The notes beneath the pieces are model-generated. The model was not told the DNA's origin and made no database searches. It saw nothing but the letters and a program-made list of their open reading frames with translations. 64,000 nucleotides of DNA from Dendrobates tinctorius (lineage: Eukaryota): contig NW_027361768.1 in NCBI RefSeq assembly GCF_039654945.1, forward strand, positions 5,704,001-5,768,000, read 5' to 3'. Below are positions 36,646-49,411 of the stretch, piece by piece; the first letter of the stretch is position 1; every line of letters starts with the position of its first letter. Made by a program: the position numbers and the translations under genes.

Positions 36646-38583
36646 ATATCATCCAGATAGACAACCACCGAAGAGGAAAGCATATCTCGAAAGATATCGT
36701 TTACAAAGTCTTGAAAGATGGCTGGGGCATTACATAGGTCAAAGTGCATGACCAGACACTCATAATGGCCATCCCTGGTATTAAAAGCCGTCTTCCACTC
36801 GTCTCCCTCATGTATGTGTATCAGGTTGTAGGCTCCCCGCAGATCGAGTTTGGTAAATACTCTTGCTCCTCACAACCTATCGAACAGCTCCGATATCAGG
36901 GGCAGAGGGTACTTTTTCTTAACGGTGATGGCATTAAGACCCCTGTAATCGATGCAAGGTCGCAATTCACCGCTCTTCTTCTGCACAAAGAAGAATCCCG
37001 CCCCTGCTGGTGACACCGACTTCCTAATATATATCCTGGTCAGATTCTCCTTGATGTACTGTGACATGGCCTCCGTCTCCGGGAGAGACAGGGGATACAC
37101 ATGACCCCGGGGAGGCTCTGCACCAGGCAAGAGGTCTATAGGACAGTCGTAGGGGCAGTGCGGCGGGAGAGTCTCTGCCGCTTTCTTGGAGAACACATCT
37201 GCGTACTGCTGATAGTGTTTAGGGAGCGAAGAGAGATCTGCAGGAGCCGCAGTGGCGGCAACCTGAACGCACTTGCTCAGACATCTACCCTCACAGGACT
37301 TACTCCAACTAAGAATTTTCCCCGAGGACCATTCAATATGGGGAGAGTGGCAATGCAACCAGGGAACTCCCAAGAGAACCTGATCGATACCCTCGGGCAT
37401 AATAAGGAGGGACACTGTCTCGTGATGGGACGAAGACAATGATAGTCTTAATGGAGCAGTCTGATGGGTAATCTGCGAGGGTAATGTCGAGCCGTTCACC
37501 ACTCTGATGGTGACCGGCTGAGGTAGCATAACCAAGGGGATTGCGTGCTGGAGAACGAAGGCTGAGGACATAATATTACCCTCCGCTCCGCAAGCCTCCA
37601 CCACCAGAGTGGAGGAGCTGAACTCCAGCACCCCCTTGAAGGTTAGCTTGGAGGAAAATGGTGTGGTGTCTCGTAACCCTCCTGCTGTTGCCACTAGACA
37701 CAAGCGTTTCTCCGAGCGCTGTGGGCACCTATTGGCAAAGTGACCAGACTGTCGGCAGTGGGAATGAGGTATGGGAGTTCGAGCAGGACGGAACTTAGAG
37801 CATGTGCGAGGCACCTCCATAACCACCGATCACTTGGACGCTCGATCGGGTGGCTCCAGATGTTTAGAGAAAGTTGGAGCCAACCTAAACCTCTGTCTGG
37901 ACTGGAAGTGCTCCAACCCTCGCTCTAAGAAGCAGAGATTAATGAAGGTGGAGATGGTAATAAGCTCCTCCAGAGTACCGGGAACCTCCCGAGTGGCCAG
38001 AGCATCCTTATCGTGGTCAGCCAAACCCCTCCAAAAGATTGGTATTAGGGCCTTATCTGACCATTCCAACTCGGAAGCCAGTGTCTGAAAACGAATGGCA
38101 TACTGGCTGACCGGAGTACGAACCCTGTGTCAGGGCCAACATCTGGAGCGCGGTATCGAGTGTGACCCTTGGTCCCAGAAAGACCTGCTTCAGATAATCT
38201 AGGAATGGAGAGGCTCTCTGAACCGCAGGGTCACCACGCTCCCACAGTGGGGTGGCCCACTCCAGAGCCCTGCCAGCCAGAAGGGAAATGATTAATCCGA
38301 CCTTAGCCCGCTCAGAGGAGAATCGTGCGGCCAGCAGCTCTAACTGAATAGCACACTGGCTCATGAATCCCCTACAGGAGGCACTATCGCCCGAGAACTT
38401 CTCGGGCAGCGGGAGGTGGGATAACATCGGTGCAGGGATGGAAGTGGAAATACGGGAAACAACCTCCGTGGCTGCCTGAGCAGCGGCCGCAGTAAAATTC
38501 ACAGATGAGGTTGAACGCTCGAGAGCCGCCAACCTGACTCCCAGCTGCCGAATGTGCTACAGTAGCGGCTGTTTATCCGCCAT
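36646..38583 (-). pseudogene. Gypsy A gag, protease and 5' RT
   Basis: [54 protein letters not shown]. Confidence 0.9.
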
Positions 38584-40047
38584 TACTAGCCAGACCCTGG
38601 CGCTAGTATAATGTTAGGGCTGGCGGAATGCACCAAATTATAAAATAATAGTAGGTGCGTTCGCAGCCCGGGGTCCACCATGCAGAGGTGGTACACTGCT
38701 GCTAGGTAATGGCGGACACTCTATATGGCGGTACAATGGCGGAACACACATGGGTTAAACGTCACCCGGTGTGCAGAGGGCGAACTCTGTTGCTCCACAG
38801 AGCCGCACTACCGCTAAACACAAATACTGAGCCTGTTAAAGCTCACAGAGCTCAAGGAGATAAACGCTCAGTATATGGTCACAGAACTCGGGCCCAAGGA
38901 CACAGGGCCAGCGTTCCTCTAGACCTACTGAGCGTGTGGCATCGCAACCGCGAACGCCACTAACTGAGGCTGACTGCAGTGGAGCGACAGTGACTGCCGC
39001 GGTGCGATAGTGCCCTATAGTAGGCAACACGATCAGTGCTGTGGACTGATGTGCATTGTGGCCTATAGCTTAGCCACTGACTGGCGCTGACTCTCATACT
39101 ATTACCCTAACCACATGCGTAATATGCATAATATCCAAGGGAGGGGAATCTTAATAAGTCATTCACCAGGTAGATGCATCCATCATCATCCACACATATA
39201 GCAACTAGAGTCTATACTAGCGCATGGCCGAGCGGCCATGCGAGTCTTTTAAGGCCAAGATCTCCCGGAACCTTCCAGATCCCCCTGATGGACCAATCAG
39301 AACTGGAGAAGGACCTGAGCATGTGACTCCCGATCCCCAATGGGGAATCGTCCTATGAGCATGCTCAGTGGAGCAACGGAAGGACTTAGATTCTGGAGTC
39401 TTTTGCTGCTGGCCAGGCTGCATGTCATGATCCCAGTGCAGGTTTTTGAGCTGCACACCTGGGGTTAATGTCTGGAGCTCGGTGCAGGTTTTGACCTGCA
39501 CACCTGGGGTCAATAATTGTGGCCTCTTTCTGGTTCTGGGAGAGCTTCTTAAACCCCTGGGAAGCTTCAATCCCCGCCAGTTAAACTTTTGCCTTTGGCC
39601 TAGTGTGCTGACCCCCGTGTGCCTGTTTGTTGTTATAGCTTGTTGCTAGTATCTCTGTGTATGACTCATTGCCTGTGACCTGACTACTCTCTGCTCGCCC
39701 CTCCTGTACCTATGCAGCTATCTCTGTGTGTGACTCATTGGCTATGTCTTGACTATTCTCCCTGTCTATGCCCCCTGGTTACTTTGTCTCGCAGTTACCC
39801 TGCTAGGAGTTATCTTGCAGCTCCTAGCTCTGTGGAGTTTAGGCCATGCCCCTAGCAGTCACGTGCTTCAGGTCCTTTGGCTCTGAAGTAAGCATCTACT
39901 CGGCTGCTGCCCGCTCCACAGGTATCTTTGAGCACTGTTCGCTTTACTCAGGACCCGCGCACTGGCTCAGTGATCAAGTTCAGTGCGGTGTTCCTGACAT
40001 AACTGGTCTACAATTTTTTTTTTTTCTTCTCTCCTCACTTCTGCAGC

Positions 40048-40941
40048 ATGGACCCAATGTGTGCTTTATCTGAGCAGGTGAAATGCTTGACTCAGTCACT
40101 GCAGAAGCTTAGTTTGGAACACCAAGCTCTGGCCCAGTCCCAAGGGCGGGTTGAGGACTCAGTTCAGGGGGTACTTTCCGCAGGCTTCCAGCAGGTGGGG
40201 AATAGAGATATCATTTTAGTCCCACCCGAATCCCCGGTTAAATTGCCAGATAAATTTTCTGGTAACAAGGATGATTTCAGGGCATTTACGGAGGGCTGTA
40301 AGCTCTTTTTCTCTTTGAGACCCCGCTCCTCTGGGGATGAGAAACAGAGGGTGGGGGTGGTGATGTCCCTACTTTGAGGGTCCCCACAAGCCTGGGCATT
40401 TTCGCTTTCCTCTTCTGCCCCTGAGAGAATGTCTGTGGATGCGTTTTTTGAAGCCTTAGCACATATTTATGATGAGCCTGATAGAGTGCGGTTGGCTGAG
40501 GACAAGGTGATGAGTGTCTGTCAGGGGGAGCACTCGGCCAAATGGTTCTGTACTGAATTCAGACATTGGGCAGCCGAGATTTCCTGGAGTGATGCCGCCC
40601 TTCGGGGGCTGTTCCACAGAGGCCTGTGTGAACGTCTGAAGGATGCTTTGGCACTTCATCCTCCACCTGACTCCCTGGAGGATGCCATGATCCAAGCAGT
40701 TCGCATGGATCGCAGGCTGCGGGCTAGAGGCACTATGCAATGGGAAACACCATTATTCTTCAGTGGAGATGAGACCCGGACACTTCCTATGGCTATGGAG
40801 GTGAGCGCTGTCACCTGTGAGGGAAAGGAAAGAAGACGCCGCCGGGAAAAGCAGTTGTGCTTCTATTGTGGGAAATCTGGACATTGGAAGAAGGACTGTC
40901 CCTCCTGTCCGTCATCCTCCAAGATGGCGGGAAACGACTAA
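40048..40941 (+). pseudogene. gag: Gypsy C gag (one internal stop)
   Basis: LPDKFSG, CFYCGKSGHWKKDC; stop at 40375-40377. Confidence 0.9.
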
Positions 40942-43900
40942 GCCTGGGTAGTAGTCGAGGAGGCTACCCAGACCTTCAGGTACAATTTTCCTCATGTGCA
41001 AAAATGGTGCTGCAGATGGAACTGGAACTTGGTTATGGTCCTGTTCAGACTACTGCTTTTATTGACTGCAGTTCTGCTGTGAACCTGATTGATACCAAGG
41101 TTAGGACTCTTAATAAGATAGGGACAGTCAGGCTTCACGATCCTGTTAAACTTGTGGCAATTGACTCGTCTCCTCTTACCCAAGACGGTATCTGTTGCAG
41201 GTCTGAACTTTTTTCTCTCAAAGTGGGTTCCACTCATGTGGAAAAACTAAGTTGTCTTAGATAACTTGCCTGCAGTCCTGGTACTGGGGATGCCTTGGCT
41301 TCAATGCCATAATCCTACCATTGATTGGGTTACAGGGGAAATCACTCAATGGGGATGCAATAATAAATGTGGTAACCTAGGACATCTTGTTAACGCTGTT
41401 AAATCCGTGTCTGTGTCATCTGTCGGTCTGGAAGGTATTCCGGAGTACCTGAAGGATTTCAAAGATGTTTTTTCTGAAAGTGAGGCTGAGGCACTGCCAC
41501 CACATAGACCCTACAATTGTGCCATTGATTTAGTACCCAGAGCCAAGTTACCTAAGGCTCGATTGTTCAATTTGTCTGGGCCTGAGCGCCAAGCCATGAA
41601 GGAGTACATAGCTGAGAGCCTCCACAAAGGGCATATCAGGCCTTCTGTGTCACCTGTGGCAGCAGGGTTCTTCTTTGAAGAAAAAAGATGGTGGTTTGCG
41701 GCCGTGCCTCGACTTTCGGGAGCTGAACAAGATAACGGTTAGGAACTCATACCCGCTTCCCATCATCCCAGATTTATGTAACCAGTTAGCGGGGGCCCAA
41801 TGGTTCTCCAAGTTAGATCTGCAGGGGGCCTACAATCTGATAAGGGTTCGGGAAGGGGACAAGTGGAAAACGGCATTCCTCACATTAGAAGGACTCTATG
41901 AGAACCTGGTAATGCTGTTAGGGTTAACTAATGCACCCGCTATTTTTCAAAATTTCATCAATGTTGTGTTTTCTGATCTGATAGGCCATTTTGTTATTGT
42001 TTATTTGGATGACATTTTGGTGTATTCTCCGGACAGTCAATCTCACTTGCAACATCTTAAGACAGTTCTCCAGAGACTCAGGGAGAACCAATTGTTCGCT
42101 AAATTGGAAAAATGTTTGTTTTTTGTACAGGAGCTGTCTTTTTTGGGGTTGAATGTGTCCTGTGAGGGGTTTCGTATGGATCCTAAGAAGGTGCTAGCGA
42201 TCGCTGACTGGGTTCAGCCTCGAGATCTCAAGGGACTCCAGCACCTCTTAGGATTTGCAAACTATTACCGGAGATTCATTAAAGGTTTCTCACAAGTGGT
42301 TAAACCACTCACAGATCTTACCCAGAAGGGCGCTGATGTAAAAAATTGGTCTGTACTCGCTAAGGAATCCCTCTCAGCAATTAAGAAATGTTTCATGTCT
42401 GCCCTGGTGTTGGTACAACCTGACCCGTCCAAACCATTCATTATGGAGGTGGATGCTTCTGAAGTGGAGGTGGGGGCTGTGCTGTCCCAGGGTCCGGCCA
42501 CCCTTACCAATCTCAAACCCTGTGCCTTCTTCTCCAAGAAGTTCTCTTCAGCTGAGAAAAACTATGATGTAGGCAATAGGGAACTTCTTGCGGTCAAGCA
42601 GGCGTTTGAGGAATGGAGGCACTTTTTGGAAGGTGCGGCTCACCCTATCACGGTTGTCACGGATCACAAAAATTTGGCATACCTTGAATCTGCTAAGAGG
42701 CTTACTCCTAGACAAGCCCATTGGTCACTTTTTTTTTCGCGATTTCAGTTCTCCATTACTTTTTGACCGGGGTCCAAAAATGTTAAAGCAGATGCCCTGT
42801 CCAGAAGTTTTGATCCAGTGTCTCCCCCTGAGCCACCATCCTCCATTCTTCCCCCAGGGGTGGTAGTGGCGGGGGTCTCAACTGAGTTGGAACAAGAAAT
42901 TCTAAGGGCTCAGGCCCTAGCTCTGGCAACCAGGCCAGGGGATAAACTGTTTGTTCCAGATTCATTGCGGCCTAGACTTCGGCAGGAGTTTCATGAGTCT
43001 AGGCTGAGTGTTCATCCAGGTATCACGGCCACTAGAGAGGCAGTAGCCAGGGGTTTTTGGTGGCCTTCATTAAGGTCCGATGTCAAGGAATTTGTTTCTG
43101 CTTGTGGCATGTGTGCCCGTTCCAAAAGCTCGCATAACCGACCAGCTGGGGAACTCATACCTTTACCGGTTCCTGATAGGCCATGGACTCATCTTTCCAT
43201 GGATTTTATTACTGGCCTTCCACCTTCCAGGGGCAATACCGTGATCTGGGTGGTGGTGGATAGGTTTTGTAAACAGGCCCATTTCATTCCCTTGGCAGCA
43301 TTACCCTCAGCGGAAGCATTGGTTGTTTGTGCAGCATGTGGTCCGATTGCATGGGGTACCCCTGAATGTTGTGTCTGACAGAGGTGTGCAGTTTGTGGCC
43401 AAATTTTGGAGGGCATTCTGTATGAAATTGGGCATCTCACTCTCCTTCTCGTCGGCATATCACCCGGAGAGTAATGGTCAGACTGAACGCACCAATCAAT
43501 CCCTGGAACAAATTCTCAGGTGTCTGACCTCCGCCAGACAGGAGGATTGGTGTGATGCGTTACCGTTGGCTGAATTCGCTTTTAACAACCGGGTGAGTCA
43601 GTCCACTGACATGTCCCCATTCCTGATTAACTATGGGTTTAGTCCGCATTTTGGGGAGTTTTCTCGGGTGGATTCCGGTTGTCCAGGGGCAGAGGGGTCC
43701 GTTCAACGGTTAAAAAACCTCTTGGCTGAAGTCCGGCATAATATCTCTCGGCCCCAGGGGAGATACAAATATTTTGCTGACAAAAAGAGAGCCTCGGGAG
43801 ACATGTTTAAGGTGGGAGAGAAGGTTTGGCTCTCCACAAGTAACATCAACTTAAAGGTACCATCAGCTAAGTTGGGACCAAAGTTCATTGGGCCGTATGA

Positions 43901-44249
43901 GATTATGGAGTTAGTCAACCCAGTGGCATATAGGTTGCGTCTCCCCGCCTCCTTAAAAATATCCAATGTGTTCCATAAATCTCTGTTGAAACCCGCAGGA
44001 TCTGTCAAAGAGAACTCTGAGTCTGTTGTTCCTCCAGTGCTGGTGGAGGGTCAATTGGAGTATGAGGTCGGACATATTGTGGACTCTCGGCGGGTGCGCC
44101 GCTCTTTACAGTACCTGGTCCACTGGAAGGGATATGGACCAGAGGAGCTCTCATGGGTCCCCGCTCGCTCGGTACATGCAGATCGCCTGGTTTGGGCTTT
44201 CCATGCCAAGTACAAGGGGAAGCCTGGGGGTCCAGAGGCCCCCCATTGA
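40942..44249 (+). pseudogene. pol: Gypsy C pol with chromodomain, disrupted
   Basis: FIDCSS, YLDD, EVDAS, SMDFITGLP, SDRG, GQTER, YEVGHIVDSRR..QYLVHWKGYGPEE. Confidence 0.92.
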
Positions 44250-45152
44250 GAGGGGGGTACTGTCATGATCCCAGTGCAGGTTTTTGAGCTGCACACCTGG
44301 GGTTAATGTCTGGAGCTCGGTGCAGGTTTTGACCTGCACACCTGGGGTTAATAATTGTGGCCTCTTTCTGGTTCTGGGAGAGCTTCTTAAACCCCTGGGA
44401 AGCTTCAATCCCTGCCAGTTATACTTTTGCCTTTGGCCTAGTGTGCTGACCCCCGTGTGCCTGTTTGTTGTTATAGCTTGTTTATATGGTTCTGACCCGG
44501 TTCTGTTTCCCGTTGTGAGTTTGACTGTTGATTTTGTACTGTGTTAGTATCTCTGTGTATGACTCATTGCCTGTGACCTGACTACTCTCTGCCTGCCCCT
44601 CTTGTACCTTTGCAGCTATCTCTGTGTGTGACTCATTGGCTATGTCTTGACTATTCTCCCAGTCTATGCCCCCTACTCGGCTGCTGCTTGCTCCACAGGT
44701 ATCTTTGAGCACTGTTCGCTTTACTCATGACACGCGCACTGGCTCAGTGAGCAAGTTCAGTGCGGTGTTCCTGACACTGCATTGTCATACCTGAACCAGA
44801 GGTGGCAGTTGCATCCGTTCCCTCACTGCTGGTCTGGACAGAGCACTGGGACCGATGAGTCTGCTGAGCAGGCTCCACTGCAGCCTAAGGAGAATGGGGC
44901 ATCGCCGAGTGCAAGGCTCTGGATTCCTGCTGTGCAGTGGCAGGAACCTGACACTTAGGAGATGGCTGGAGAATGGTTACATGTTGTTGACCTGGGCAGA
45001 AAGAAGGGGCGGTTCTGAACAATTAACCATTTGTGAGAACAGAAGATTCCAAAGACATGAATAAAAGAGAAGGGCAACTTATGACACCTAATGGCCATAG
45101 CTGTAACAGCACTTAAAAATATCTAGCTACACAGAATGGGCAGAACAGAGTG

Positions 45153-45460
45153 CAAAGGTTTGAAAGATGCTGAGGTAGTACCTTGTTGACCTTACCAACG
45201 TCCTCCTTGATTCCTCTGTGCCTTATAATTATTAGAAATCCAAGCTGGACATGTGGCATGAACTGGCTCTCTGCGCCTTGGAGGTCCTGGCCTGCCCTGC
45301 CGCTAGTGTTTTGTCAGAGTGGGTTTTTAGTGCCGCTGGTGGAATTATAACTGATAAGCGCATCCGCTTGTCAACTGAAAATGCTGACTCTCTTACAAAA
45401 AATGAACAAGGGCTGGCTGGATTGGGCCAGACTTCTCTACACCATCGCATGATCACAGCG
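45153..45460 (+). pseudogene. hAT transposase C-terminal dimerisation domain remnant
   Basis: WHELALCALEVLACPAASVLSEWVFSAAGGIITDKRIRLSTEN; continues 24900-25690 once the gagtg-flanked insert is removed. Confidence 0.88.
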
Positions 45461-45829
45461 AATCATAACTTCAAATACAGTATCTTTTTTTGGGAGGTAT
45501 ATTCCCATGCACTTCTTCACATCCACAAATAGGTATACGCTTGCTGATTTTTGGCTACTTGCTGTTATCCACCTCCTTCTCCTCATCTTCATCATCCACC
45601 ACCATTAGATCATCAGGGTGAACGTGTTCCGTGATGCAACAGCCACGTTATTGTTTTCAAGGGTGTTTATGATGCCAGTACAAAAAATGTTTACATAGTA
45701 TGTTGAAGTGTACCCCCCAGGGGGAAATTTTGTCAGCCAATACACTTTGTGTATGGGCATTACAAGTATAGGAAACCGGCTCCTTTAAACTGGGAAAACA
45801 TTTTTCAGAGGTCATCCTCCACATTTATT

Positions 45830-46900
45830 CCAAGGGGGATTGGGATGTGTGCAAATTTGGGGCAGGTCTTGCATTCACTTCATGTGCAAACTTTATGGGA
45901 GCACCAAATGACTAATATTGGGAACTTTGGTTTCATGTGACCAAGACGTCATTTCAAAGGCTTATTGGGATGCATGTAACTTTTGTGCAGGGCAGGTCTT
46001 GTATTCAATGCACAGGCAAACAGTATGGGAGTACCAAATGAATAAAGGGAACTTTGTTTTCATATGGCCATCCAGTACCTCAGATGCACTTTTTATCATA
46101 TCATTTTTCGCAGGATACAGCTAGGCCTCTTTTTATTGGCTTGGTTTACTGTGGCGTCTGTCCCTATGTGTTGCATACTATAGTGCTGGTACAGCCCGCC
46201 TGAAAATACTATGGGCTTCATTAATAGGCTGCAAGCCAGACACTTTGCATCACACTTATCTGTGTGACTGGCATCATATGCAAGCCATATCAATGTGCAA
46301 TTTTTTCTATTAGGCAGCCAACCCCTCCATAGTCTGGTAGGTGTGGCTGTTTTTATCAGTAGTTTGCACCTGTGCTGCCCCTTGACTTTATTAATGGAGG
46401 CCTGCTGCATCCTGCTAGATGTGCATTAGTCATCAGACAGGGTTTTGGGATTGCCATATCACATGGTATGTTTTTTTTAATTTTTTCTATGTTAGCCAAC
46501 TTTGGTGCAGGGCAAGCTTTGCATTCAATACATAAGCAAAAAGTATGGGAGTACCAAATATATAATGGGAACTTTGGTTTCATGTGGACATCCAGGACGT
46601 TGGTTCAAAGGGTTATTGGGGTGTGTTACTTTGGGGTAAGTTAGGCCTTGCATTTAATGCATAGGCAAACAGTATGCGAGTACAAAATGAATAATGGGAA
46701 CTTTGGTTTCATGTGGACATCCAGGACATCGGTTCAAAGGCTTATTGGGGTGCATGTAACTTTGGTGCAGGGCAGGCCTTGCATTCAATGCATAAGCAAA
46801 CAGTATGGGAGTACCAAATTAATAATTGGAACTTTGGTTTCATGTGGTCATCCAGGACGTCTGTTCAATGGGTTATTGGGGTGTGTCCAAATTTTGGGCA
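45830..46900 (+). repeat. ~128-bp tandem repeat in the hAT 3' subterminal region (two blocks, ~5-6 units)
   Basis: gggaactttggtttcatgtg at ~45920, 46047, 46567, 46696 and 46828. Confidence 0.85.
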
Positions 46901-47636
46901 GCCCTGCCACTCGTACACAGTAACAGTATAAGAGACCCACTGTTTAATAATGAGATCAACAAAGCTTAGCCGGCTGATGACTCTCTAAGAATACTGAGGG
47001 CCGACTGCTGGCTTTATAGAAATAGGCTTTGTGACTTTCAGAGTCCCTCTTTCATAAATGAAACAAGATGTGTTTGATGATGTATCACACACCACATGGC
47101 CAGACAAGGTTGGAATATGTTCAAATGACATTTCTCAGTGAATGCATTTCTTTTGTTTGAAAGCAATGCTATTGTTGAAAAACGCATCAAAAACACTATG
47201 TGTGAACATAGCCCAAGTGGAGGAACATTTTTGTTTAGTGTTATTTATTTTGCCTTACATACCAATCATTACCCTGGAAAGGAAGTTCCTTAACATATTT
47301 CCAAGGAAAATCCATTTTGGATTCGTTTTTGTATGTTTTAGTGTGCGCCTCTAAAAGCATCATAACCCTCTGACAACGTTTTTCACAGCAGTAACCTAGG
47401 AGTCATAAATGCTTCCAGGGGTCTTCCACATGATGTTTCCATATCATTTGAGCACTGTTCCCATTGATTTCAATTGTTTTTAGACCTTAAAAGAACCCCA
47501 GGGTGGTCGCGGCAAACATGCTCGGTTTTCCCATAGACTTACATTGGGCTCGTTGCTCGTATCGAGCACCCGAGCATTGCAATTTGCTCGACCCGAGTAA
47601 CGAGCACCCAAGCATTTTAATGCTCACTCATCATTA

Positions 47637-48046
47637 ATAGCAATGACATGTACCCAAGACCAAGTTATATTGTATGAATGAGCAATATAATACAGATAAA
47701 TTTATGAAATTTTTTGGATGACCAGTATAATACTGAAAGCATTTTGAACAATATTTTGGAGGGTTAGATACCACTGAAATGCACCCAAGAAGATGTAATA
47801 CCCTTTGAATTAGCAATTTGATGAGGGTTTGTTAAGGGTTATATAGCAAAGAAACATACCCAAGAAGACGTTGCACTGTATGGATGAGCAATATAACACC
47901 GATACATGTTTGAACAATTTTTAAAGGATTATATACCATCAAAATGTACCTAAGAACACGTTATAATATATGGGTTAGCAATATAACACAAATATGCTTT
48001 TAAACAACTTTGAGGATTATATACCACGTAAATGTACCCAAGAGCA
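47637..48046 (+). repeat. ~88-bp tandem repeat, segment 2
   Basis: Same unit as 22148-22552. Confidence 0.85.
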
Positions 48047-49359
48047 CATAGAATCGTAGAGTTGGAAGGGACCTCCTGGTCCAACCCCCTGCTCAAAGCA
48101 GGATTTGCTAAATCATCCCAGTCAGATGTCTGTCCAGCCTCTGTTTGAAGACTTCCATTGAAGGAGAACTCACCACTTCTCGTGGCAGCCTGTTCCACTC
48201 ATTGATCACTCTGTCAAAAAGTTTTTTCTAATATCTAATCTGTGTCTCCTCCCATTCAGTTTCATCCCATTGCTTCTAGTCTTTCCTTGTGCAAATGAGA
48301 ATAAAGATGATCCTTCTACAATGTGACAGCCCTTTAGATATTTGTAGACAGCTATTAAGTCTCCTCTCAGTCTTCTGTTTTGCAAACTAAACATTCCCAA
48401 ATCCTGCAAACTTTCCTCACAAGACAGGGTTTGCAGACCGGTCACCATTCTGGTCGCTCTTTTCTGAACTTGCTCCAGTTTGTTGATGTCTTTTTTAAAA
48501 TGTGGTGCCCAAAACTGGACACAATATTCCAGATGAGGTCTGACCAAAGAGGAGTAGAGGGAAATAATGACTTCACGTGATCTAGACTGTATGCTTCTGT
48601 TAATACATCCTAGAATTGCATTTGCCTTTTTTGCTGCTGCATCACACTGTTGACTCATATTCAGTCTGTGATCTATTAGTATACCCAAGTCTTTTTCACA
48701 TGTGCTGTTGCTTAGCCCCATTCCTCCCATTCTGTATATGCTTTTTCATTTTTATTGCCCAGATGTAGTACTTTGCATTTTTCCCTGTTAAAAACCATTC
48801 TGTTAGTTGCTGCCCACTGCTCCAGTTTATTTATATCTTTTTGAATCCTCTCTCTCTCTTCTCTAGTATTAGCTATCCCTCCTAGCTTTGTGTCATCAGC
48901 AAATTTAATCAGTTTACCCTCAATTCCTTCATCTAAATCGTTGATAAAGATGTTGAACAATTAGCATATCAAAAACCAGGCTCATCATAAGCTGCAGCAG
49001 GTGTTCACACACCTAATAAGTGCATTTAACCACTCCACTGAAGGATCAGGAAAAGCAAGAGAACAACAGGAGTTTTTAAGATAAAAGCATGAACAATCTT
49101 TATTGTTGTATACAAAGATAAAAGGACATTACAAAAATAGATAATGCATAGAAATTGACACCAAAAAGACCAGAATATAAACCGCCAGGCTGTAAAGTAA
49201 TACTAGGTAATACAGATGGTTAGCACTCGGCCAGGGGGTTCCAGTTCGCGGTGCCAGTGAGAAGGAACGGATAGTCCCAGAATCGCATAAACAATGTATA
49301 GTCACTGCACACACTGATTGTACTTAATGTGAAGTAAATTTATTGCTTGACAGTGAGGA

Positions 49360-49411
49360 AGCGACATCAAACGACGTTTCGGCCACATCAGCCTTTATCA
49401 CAAAGTCGCTG
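49360..49411 (-). ncRNA. Hammerhead-like motif of PLE 2 (variant core)
   Basis: AGCGAC uuug UGAUAAA GGCU-gaugu-GGCC GAAAC GUC GUUU gau GUCGCU; inverted copy at 51953-52003. Confidence 0.55.

Larger units (their letters stand above)
39423..44776 (+). mobile_element. Gypsy C chromovirus, full length, inside the 5' LTR of Gypsy A
   Basis: LTRs 39423-39999 and 44261-44776; TSD ctgca (39418-39422 / 44777-44781); PPT gagaggggggtac. Confidence 0.95.
26744..44953 (-). mobile_element. Gypsy A (Tf1/sushi-like), decayed, containing Gypsy B and C
   Basis: TSD cttag (26739-26743 / 44954-44958). 5' LTR 38612-39422 + 44782-44953. The 3' LTR (26744-27287) is truncated by a deletion that fuses it to the integrase. 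Confidence 0.92.
25691..45147 (-). mobile_element. BEL/Pao-like solo LTR (~1240 bp: 25691-26743 + 44959-45147) interrupted by Gypsy A
   Basis: TGTTCTGCC...GGCAGAACA inverted termini; TSD gagtg (25686-25690 / 45148-45152); AATAAA on the minus strand at ~25793. The superfamily assignment is inferred. Confidence 0.8.
22553..47636 (+). mobile_element. hAT transposon inflated to 25 kb by nested insertions
   Basis: TIR tagtgatgagcaagcat / atgctcactcatcatta. 8-bp TSD atagcaac (22545-22552) / atagcaat (47637-47644). The same tandem array lies on both flanks, and split transposase remnants lie inside. Confidence 0.85.

Noticed and set aside
45232-45532. ZBED-type host gene exon
   Set aside because: Stop-ridden remnant inside TIR/TSD-bounded hAT.
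45830-46900. CRISPR-like array (also the 88-bp and 69-bp repeats)
   Set aside because: Whole units repeat with no unique spacers; eukaryotic context, no cas genes.
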